DNA of 64,000 nt from contig CAXXMV010000002.1 in assembly GCA_963662285.2 (NCBI GenBank), positions 384,001 through 448,000 on the forward strand, written 5' to 3'. This document shows positions 57,477-64,000 of the stretch, one piece after another. A program made the translations under genes and the position numbers. The stretch's first letter is position 1, and the number at the start of each line of letters is the position of its first letter. Source of the stretch: a bacterium (lineage in GTDB: Bacteria; Hinthialibacterota; Hinthialibacteria; Hinthialibacterales; Hinthialibacteraceae). Below the pieces are notes generated by a model. That model worked only from the letters and a program-made list of their open reading frames with translations, did no database searches and had not been told where the DNA came from.

Positions 57477-58604
57477 TTAAAAAACATATATATACTTGTC
57501 AGTTGCAGGTATATAGAGACGTCCTTTTTCATCAAATGAGGGTCTCGCCTGGATAGAACGTTCCGTTTCATAAAAAGGTTGGCCAATGCCGTTAATTCCA
57601 ATTTTGTGTATCAATCCCAGTGGATCGCCGATATAAACATTGTCATTGGAGTCGCTGACGGAACTGCTTAATAGATACTCGCAGCCGGTGGAATATCGGT
57701 ATAAGCGGGTGTTTCCCTTGGATATTGCATGCACATCGCCATTCAGGTCGGCGATGATAATGCTTCCATCACTCAATAAAGTTGGCGTGGCGTTGATATA
57801 TTTAGCAAAACTGCGTTTCCAAATTATCTTCTCGTGCTGGATTGACCATGCATTGAGGTAACTCTTTTGATCTATGTTGGTTATGAAATAAATTACTCCT
57901 TCGTTCTCATCCAACACTGGTTCTGCGGAGACGGTTAATCTCGTCGCTGGTTTTTTCTGTTTATCATGCTGAAAGAGAATTTTCTCTTGTCCGTTAATAT
58001 CTATACTGACAAATTGAATTCCCTTATCCCAAACAGCGCGTAAGCAGTAGAGAGTTCCATCGCTTGCGGCGCAGGCGCCAGCGTATGGAGAGATGCCAGC
58101 GTCCCAGGAGTTGATTACATCGCCATTTCGGGCGCTTAAAGCATAAAATTTTTCTCCCCAACTATTTAATACGATAGTATTGTTTTTTTGATTGTATAAA
58201 AAATCAGACAAGATGCGTGTGTCGCGCTGGCTAGAAATCTCTTTGCGCCAAATTTCTTTACCATTAGCAGCATCAAGGGCGTAGACTATGCCGCTATGCG
58301 TACCGATAAAAAGTATTTTATCATCCGGTTGCAATACCGGCGCCGCTGAAATGCCACTATCCAGTCTAATGCTCCAAATTACTTCGCCTTCGGGGCGATA
58401 GGCTTGTACTCCTCCGGCCATATCAGTAATGAAGGCAGCGCCAAACTGGTCAAAGATTACCGGAGTTTGCACCGATCCTGCGGCTTTTAAGCGCCGTATT
58501 GGCTTAGGCGAAATATTTAGTGCTCCATCAAAGAATCCCCGGCGGGAATTATCTCCCCCTGCTGTTCGCCAAACTTTTGAATTTGTAGGTTTTATAGTGG
58601 ACAT
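57477..58604 (-). CDS. PQQ-binding-like beta-propeller repeat protein
   Basis: W...GGD..R.G start, repeated G.VYALDA.NG..IW and P.......Y motifs; no signal peptide. Confidence 0.85.
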   Translation of the reverse strand: MSTIKPTNSKVWRTAGGDNSRRGFFDGALNISPKPIRRLKAAGSVQTPVIFDQFGAAFITDMAGGVQAYRPEGEVIWSIRLDSGISAAPVLQPDDKILFIGTHSGIVYALDAANGKEIWRKEISSQRDTRILSDFLYNQKNNTIVLNSWGEKFYALSARNGDVINSWDAGISPYAGACAASDGTLYCLRAVWDKGIQFVSIDINGQEKILFQHDKQKKPATRLTVSAEPVLDENEGVIYFITNIDQKSYLNAWSIQHEKIIWKRSFAKYINATPTLLSDGSIIIADLNGDVHAISKGNTRLYRYSTGCEYLLSSSVSDSNDNVYIGDPLGLIHKIGINGIGQPFYETERSIQARPSFDEKGRLYIPATDKYIYVF

Positions 58605-58606
58605 GA

Positions 58607-59842
58607 TTAACTATTAACTCTTTGATAGGTTGGTTGATATTCAAATCTTGCCGATTCTAAATCAACTCCGGCTATTTCAATATTTTTTATCCGGTTTTCA
58701 CCCATTCCTTTGCGGCGTGACATGGCTAAATAGTTGGTTCCATTGGCGAAAGGATGAGTACGGTCTGCTGCATTGGGATCAAAGCCCATGATGGCGGCGC
58801 TGACTGCATCAGTGCAAACTGCATTACGGCCAGCGATTAACAATCCAGGCCGGGTAACCGAAACCATAGAGCCATTCCACCATCCTTCAGCAGTCTGGAT
58901 AGTGCTGATGCCGTCAACTATTGTCAAATCAATGGGAAAGGCTGCGTTGAGGTCGACGATTAAGCGGGGTACGTTGTAGCCGTGATCTTGAACCACCCAT
59001 TTTCCGGTATATGTATCAACTGAGGTCAGCGGTTTGCTTTCGCAGGTGTGAACCGTCCTGCCCCGGTAGCCGATAGCGTTTTCGTCGGGTTGATCTTTTA
59101 CATCATCTCCATAAAGACTGCTGGGGGGGACGCCGATCAGGTTTTTCATCCCCATGGTCACTCCGCCGGATACGTGGCTTTTCAACTTCCCCAGTGATAT
59201 CAACACGTCAGTTTTAACGTATGTTTGATTGACCTCCCAGGCTGAAGCGATTTCCCCGCCTCCGGCAACCTTAACCAGGGCATAGGTTTTATATTGGCCG
59301 AGGTTGCGGGTATTCTCGAATCGCGCTTTGCCGTCCATGGCTTGGTTGAATTGCTCCAAATCGAAGCCATAGCCCAGGAAGGCTTCTTGATCGGGCAAGC
59401 GAAAAGGCAACTGATCGCAGAAGGTGATTTGTCTGGCGCCATAGTCTACCAGCAAACTTCCCAGGGCTTGCGCAACTATGGGGTGCGTAGTTACTGACAG
59501 GTATACAGGGATGCCGCCAACGTCTTCTTCAGACGTGTTGACCAGGTTGACCTTAATGGTTACGAATTTGTTTTTAACTAACCTGCGTACATCTCCCAGG
59601 TCATCCAGCATCACCGATAAAGCACGGCGGACTTGCGCATAATCATACCTTTTGCAAAATCCGATACTGACGGGAGCGCGGGGGATGTTTTGATTCTCAT
59701 CGGCTGCTTTGGTAGAACCGGGCGATGCAAGGGCTGGAGTAATCAGCGCAGCCGCCGCAGTATATTTAAGAAAATTTCTTCGGGAAAGAATGCCGCCGGG
59801 GCATTTTGGCGCGTGGTTCAGTATATGTTGATTATTTCTCAT
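58607..59842 (-). CDS. Tat-exported DUF362 domain protein
   Basis: SRRNFLK Tat motif, V.IKVNL, TTHP, KLKSH..G.T.GMKN..G, DLTIVDG, DAV.A..MGFDP. Confidence 0.88.
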   Translation of the reverse strand: MRNNQHILNHAPKCPGGILSRRNFLKYTAAAALITPALASPGSTKAADENQNIPRAPVSIGFCKRYDYAQVRRALSVMLDDLGDVRRLVKNKFVTIKVNLVNTSEEDVGGIPVYLSVTTHPIVAQALGSLLVDYGARQITFCDQLPFRLPDQEAFLGYGFDLEQFNQAMDGKARFENTRNLGQYKTYALVKVAGGGEIASAWEVNQTYVKTDVLISLGKLKSHVSGGVTMGMKNLIGVPPSSLYGDDVKDQPDENAIGYRGRTVHTCESKPLTSVDTYTGKWVVQDHGYNVPRLIVDLNAAFPIDLTIVDGISTIQTAEGWWNGSMVSVTRPGLLIAGRNAVCTDAVSAAIMGFDPNAADRTHPFANGTNYLAMSRRKGMGENRIKNIEIAGVDLESARFEYQPTYQRVNS

Positions 59843-60013
59843 TTTCCGCCCTACTCGTCTTTATCGATTCTTGTACTTTTAGATATACTCGTTTTGATAG
59901 AATTTGCTAACAAAAATTCTATGGATGAACGAATACTGTTATTCTATATTAAATTGGCATCAAAAGGCAAATATATAGTATACTAAAAAATTTCATGATC
60001 GGGGAGATTGCAG

Positions 60014-60532
60014 ATGGTAAAGCAAAATCTGGCTCATATTTCCAAAAAAAATAAGGTTATCGAAATTCTTCCAAGCAAGAAAATTCATAAAGCCGGGCTG
60101 CTTCATCGCGAGGTGGATATTCTGCTTATAAACCATTTCGGCGTATTGCTGCACAAAAGTAATGAGGCCAATAAATGGGGGCATTTCAATGAAAATGTAG
60201 GTTATAAAGAGCAGTATAAAGATGCAGCCATTAGAGTTTTTAATGAATCTACGGGCTATCATTTTACATCTAAACACTTAAAAAAAGTTGGTGAATATCA
60301 GCGGTGCGTCACTTCAGGAGATGGAATTAACAATCATTGGTCCAGAGTCTATATATCTTTCTTGCCAATTCCCAAAGATTCACTGCTAAAAAAATTACCG
60401 GAAAATGAAAACGTCAAATATTTCTCAAGGATCGAATTATTAGACCTTTTGATGGATAAGACAAGAATCCGTGCTTCATCAAAGTTCTTGTTAACTGAAG
60501 TACCCATATTCTTATACAACTGCGTGCCTTAG
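60014..60532 (+). CDS. Nudix/IDI-like protein with degenerate Nudix box
   Basis: IHKAGLLHR IDI-like motif and E-x7-R-V-F-N-E-S-T-G. RBS GGGGAG favours ATG 60014. Confidence 0.65.
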   Translation: MVKQNLAHISKKNKVIEILPSKKIHKAGLLHREVDILLINHFGVLLHKSNEANKWGHFNENVGYKEQYKDAAIRVFNESTGYHFTSKHLKKVGEYQRCVTSGDGINNHWSRVYISFLPIPKDSLLKKLPENENVKYFSRIELLDLLMDKTRIRASSKFLLTEVPIFLYNCVP

Positions 60533-60542
60533 ATTAATAACA

Positions 60543-61613
60543 TTATTTGATTTCTTCTTGTGAAATTTCAAACGTATCGGGATTGAAATACTTTTTGATT
60601 TCGATTTTTTCCGTGGCTTCTTCAAGCCATAACGCAAAATACTCGGCTTTTTTATGTCGAATTTGCATCTCTTTAATTGTTGCACGGGCTTCCTCAAGTG
60701 ATTGTTCATGATCGGTGGCCCAGATAATATGAAATCCAGCATCGGTCTCGACGATATCACTCAGTTGGCCTTCTTTCAAAGCGAAAGCGGCTTGTTTGAA
60801 TTGTTCTGAACCGGGGCCGGTGCGGTCGAAGAAGCCGATATCGCCGCCGCGCGTAACAGTGGCAGTATCATCAGAATTTTCTCTGGCCAAACCGACAAAT
60901 GTCTTGGCCGGTTGGTCGCCGATCATTTTCAGCAGCTGTTCCGCCCGGATGCAGGCTTGCTGGCGTTTTTCCGGTGAATCGGAAAGAGGCGATTTTATAA
61001 AAATATGGCTGGCCCGCATGCGTGATGGATAAGTGAAATCTTTCTTGTTTTTATTATAATAATCTCTGATATCCTGCTCGGTGACCTCGACATCTGCATC
61101 AACCAGTTTCTGCTTTTCGAGGATTTTTATAGCCATGTGATCTTTAATACTCTGACGGAATTTATCTTCAGTGATTCCCATCCTTGCAATGAATTGTTGA
61201 TATCCACCTTGCTTCTCCAGCGTATCCTTATAGCGGACGAATTCTGCATCCAGTTCTTCGGGGGATGGCGCTATTCCCTCCTGCTCGGCGGTATATTTCA
61301 ATACGTAAATTGTTGTCAGCGTCTTATATAGGTTGGGCGCGATGCTGTGGTAATGAGTCTGTCCCGCTGGACTATCGAAATCCAGACCTTGCTTCTGGGT
61401 CGCCATGCGTCCCAGCATCTCTAATTCATCAAGATATACGGGATTGCCGTTTATTTCCGCTATCAACGAGCGTTTTTCAGTTTTTGCGGCGCAGCCGGAT
61501 AAAAAAAGCGCAGCCAGGAAAAGAGAAAACACAATATTTCGAGCATCATGCATCTTTTTTAATATGCATGTGGAATTACTTGGTAAGACCTTGGAAAAAT
61601 AATATTTGTTCAT
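60543..61613 (-). CDS. PpiC-type peptidylprolyl isomerase (PrsA/SurA-like) lipoprotein
   Basis: Lipobox FLSG-C, IAEING, RASHI.I, F..LA.E.S.D, GGDIG.F, AF.L..G.LS.IVET..GFHII. Confidence 0.92.
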   Translation of the reverse strand: MNKYYFSKVLPSNSTCILKKMHDARNIVFSLFLAALFLSGCAAKTEKRSLIAEINGNPVYLDELEMLGRMATQKQGLDFDSPAGQTHYHSIAPNLYKTLTTIYVLKYTAEQEGIAPSPEELDAEFVRYKDTLEKQGGYQQFIARMGITEDKFRQSIKDHMAIKILEKQKLVDADVEVTEQDIRDYYNKNKKDFTYPSRMRASHIFIKSPLSDSPEKRQQACIRAEQLLKMIGDQPAKTFVGLARENSDDTATVTRGGDIGFFDRTGPGSEQFKQAAFALKEGQLSDIVETDAGFHIIWATDHEQSLEEARATIKEMQIRHKKAEYFALWLEEATEKIEIKKYFNPDTFEISQEEIK

Positions 61614-61850
61614 AGGATATCACTTATGAATGATGAACCGGTAAAAAGTGGATGCAAGACGGAACTTACGCAATCTTATATGAGTCAGCCTTGAACATCT
61701 TAAAATATTGTAGTCAGAAAACCATTTTAGACTGTATACCGTTTCGTCATAGAATTCATGTTTTATTTTGACCCGGCGGACTCATGCCGGATTTAACTAT
61801 CGAGAGAGTTATTATAGCTTCGCCTTCGCCCGAAGCGAACATGAGTAAAC

Positions 61851-62561
61851 GTGGAACTTGTAGTTTTTTTACCAACATATAACGAACGGGAAAACCTGGC
61901 CCTGGTTGTTGAGCGCTTATTCGGGCTGGGATTGGACATGTATATCCTGGTGGTGGACGATAGTTCTCCTGATGGAACTGGCGATATTGGAGACAAACTC
62001 GCCCAAAAATATAAAGATCGCTTTCGCATCATTCACCGTGATGGTCCGCGTGGGCGCGGCTTGGCGGGGATCGTCGGCTTGCGTGAAGCCTCCCGCATGG
62101 ATTGCCAATACGTTGTGGAGATGGATGCTGATGCATCGCATGATCCCGATGAATTGCCCAGGCTGCTGGATATAGCCAAAAATGTCGACCTGGTGATCGG
62201 TTCCCGCTATATAGAAGGCGGTTCAGCGGAAAGTTTCGGGATGTTTCGAACACTTAACAGCAAAGTCGCCCGTTTTCTTTCAATATTGTTTCTGGGATTG
62301 AATTATACTGATCCGACCTCAGGATACCGGATTTACCGGCGCGAAATTCTGGAACCTCTGCCCTGGGATACGATGATCTCTCCCGGACCTTCAATAGTTG
62401 AAGAGACGCTGTTTTATATCAAACGCAATAAAGCGCGGATCGTTGAAGCGCCTATAGCATATAAAGACCGGCATCAAGGCAGTTCAAAAATAAATATTGG
62501 TATAATCCTGCGATGGATATTAACTCTTCTGAGAATTCGCATATCGGCTGCGAAAGGTTGA
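61851..62561 (+). CDS. Polyprenol-monophosphomannose synthase-like GT2 glycosyltransferase
   Basis: PTYNERENL, VVDDSSPDGT, MDAD.SH.P, VIGSRY..GG, D.TSGYR, R..G.SK. Confidence 0.92.
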   Translation: MELVVFLPTYNERENLALVVERLFGLGLDMYILVVDDSSPDGTGDIGDKLAQKYKDRFRIIHRDGPRGRGLAGIVGLREASRMDCQYVVEMDADASHDPDELPRLLDIAKNVDLVIGSRYIEGGSAESFGMFRTLNSKVARFLSILFLGLNYTDPTSGYRIYRREILEPLPWDTMISPGPSIVEETLFYIKRNKARIVEAPIAYKDRHQGSSKINIGIILRWILTLLRIRISAAKG

Positions 62562-64000
62562 CTGTCGGTTCCTGGCAGAACCGCAGCAGTGGAGCGGCCT
62601 ACTGGTTGACCGTTGTAGTATTCGGTTGGTGCGCCCTTTATGCGTTAATATTCCTGTATCATGGCGGACGTCAGGTTCTTTATCCGTTCGACGTCGATAA
62701 CAGCGAAGCCTACCTGGTCTATCAGGGCGTGCGTATCTCTGAGGGACATTTCTTATATCCCAAACTTGAAGAACCACCGTATCTGGTTGATAATTATCCT
62801 CCACTATATCCGGCATTAATCGGGGCCGGTTTTACTTTTATGGCGCCGAACTTCCATTGGCCGCGCGCAATTTCTCTGGTTTCAACCTGTTTAACAGCGC
62901 TATTGCTGGCATTTTGGACGCTTAGGCTGACGCGCAATAAACCCGCCGCACTATTAACGGCGTTGGTTTATCTATCCTTCTATCATGTCAACAACTGGGG
63001 CGCGTTAGCACGGGTGGACGCCTTGGGCGTGGTTCTGGCGATAGCGGCATTGCTGGTCTTTGAAAAAAAGCGTTCCTGGAAAATGGCGCTGCCTTTGATA
63101 ATTCTATCGTTAGTTACAAGACAAACTCTTTTCGCCGCCCCACTGGCTATCTATGCGGCGCTGTTAACAACGCAAAACCGTAAATCGGCGCATATTTACT
63201 TCGGCGCATTGCTGGGATCAGGTTTGGTGATTGGCGTGATATTGCTGCTGGTTACATCTGGGAGGGCATGGAGTCATCTCGTAATTTATAATGCGAATAC
63301 CTTTCGACTGCGGGACGTATATTATTATTTTAACCAATGGCTTAGTCTTTATACAGTCTGGGGATGCGCTCCATTATTGATTTTCCTTACTCAATATCCA
63401 GGATCAAATCGCGAAGGTAATAGAACCAGCCCATTGCTCTTTTGGTTTACCTTGTTTGCCATCGGCGAAGCGCTGCTGTGCGGCAAGATCGGTTCGGCGC
63501 CAAATTATCTGCTTTCTTTGGCGGCGGCGTCATCGGTTGGCGTGGGTCTGATTTATTCTTATCTCGATGAGGTCAAAGAGTACGCTGGAAACAATGATTG
63601 CGTGGCGAAAAGGAATATTCCATTGATGATATTTCTGTGCGCCTGCGTTCTGCAACTTGGTTCGACCTGGCATTGGCCTAATTCCGCCCGGTCTTTTGGT
63701 TATACGCCGACTACCAAGGATGCTTTGATCGGTAAAAGGTTGATGAAAGACCTGGAGAAAGTCGAAGGGCCGGTGTTATCTGACCGTGCGGGGATTGCTT
63801 TGGTGGCGGGGCATCTCCCTGTTTTTCAACCGTTTATTCTAACTCAGTTGGCTCAAGAAGGACGTTGGGATCAAACCGCCTTGCTTAACCGGATAGAGAA
63901 CCAGGAGTTTAACAAGGTTTTACTGCATTTTGACCTGTCTGATCCCCGCTGGGATAGAGAACGTTTTACCCCGGAAATGATCGATGTCCTGCAAAAATCG
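62558..64000 (+). CDS. GT-C (ArnT/PMT-like) membrane glycosyltransferase, 3'-truncated by the window end; not in the ORF track
   Basis: TTG overlapping the GT2 stop; translates MTVGSWQ...YPFDVDNSEAYLVYQGVRISEGHFLYP...NYPPLYP followed by hydrophobic segments; the same frame reads ...RFTPEMIDVLQKS at base 64000. Confidence 0.8.
   Translation, partial: MTVGSWQNRSSGAAYWLTVVVFGWCALYALIFLYHGGRQVLYPFDVDNSEAYLVYQGVRISEGHFLYPKLEEPPYLVDNYPPLYPALIGAGFTFMAPNFHWPRAISLVSTCLTALLLAFWTLRLTRNKPAALLTALVYLSFYHVNNWGALARVDALGVVLAIAALLVFEKKRSWKMALPLIILSLVTRQTLFAAPLAIYAALLTTQNRKSAHIYFGALLGSGLVIGVILLLVTSGRAWSHLVIYNANTFRLRDVYYYFNQWLSLYTVWGCAPLLIFLTQYPGSNREGNRTSPLLFWFTLFAIGEALLCGKIGSAPNYLLSLAAASSVGVGLIYSYLDEVKEYAGNNDCVAKRNIPLMIFLCACVLQLGSTWHWPNSARSFGYTPTTKDALIGKRLMKDLEKVEGPVLSDRAGIALVAGHLPVFQPFILTQLAQEGRWDQTALLNRIENQEFNKVLLHFDLSDPRWDRERFTPEMIDVLQKS

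Noticed and set aside
61773-61839. Two small hairpins upstream of the GT2 gene
   Set aside because: Short stems with no match to a riboswitch or tRNA that I can recognise.
62520-62816. 98-aa minus-strand ORF and the many other short overlapping ORFs in the track
   Set aside because: Shadow frames of well-supported genes; here the plus strand encodes the GT-C protein.
1-64000. rRNA, tRNA, CRISPR arrays, IS transposases, integrases, prophage or defence genes
   Set aside because: No cloverleaf, rRNA-like tract, repeat-spacer array or diagnostic protein motifs seen; a very divergent small RNA could have been missed by eye.

Overview
Bacterial chromosomal window with mostly housekeeping and cell-envelope or carbohydrate genes. 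I found no rRNA, tRNA, CRISPR array, transposase or phage genes. Gene content (Tat-exported Gfo/Idh, two DUF1080, GT-C glycosyltransferases, carboxypeptidase-regulatory repeat protein, PFOR, ETF/acyl-CoA dehydrogenase) suggests an anaerobic or facultative PVC-like or candidate-phylum bacterium; this is inference only. In order: PFOR (5'-truncated) plus DHOD-like flavoprotein, DUF1848, Gfo/Idh, GT-C, GT, DUF1080, beta-propeller hybrid histidine kinase, sulfatase-like lipoprotein, nfeD-nfeD-floA, etfB-etfA-ACAD, dnaJ, gspF/pilC-like, aspS, two secreted proteins, rnd plus a GGQ release-factor-like gene, GH2 and GH116-like, tctCBA, DUF1080, an ECF sigma/anti-sigma/large secreted protein operon, rnc-radical SAM-yqgF-GT-C, DUF362 plus PQQ-like propeller, Nudix-like, PPIase, GT2 plus a 3'-truncated GT-C absent from the ORF track. 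Most notable observations: (1) an ECF system whose FecR domain appears split between two genes, the anti-sigma stopping just after the G-T motif and the missing strands starting the next separately secreted 991-aa protein; (2) a shared 9-residue C-terminal motif (T-x-[IV]-x-[DE]-W-M-x-[FH]-stop) on two unrelated secreted proteins, a candidate sorting signal; (3) a consensus sigma-54 promoter driving an orphan gene whose 3' UTR has C-rich hairpin loops resembling an sRNA; (4) strong over-representation of GGCGCC with depletion of GGTGCC/GGCACC. All family assignments are from motif recognition by eye, not database searches.
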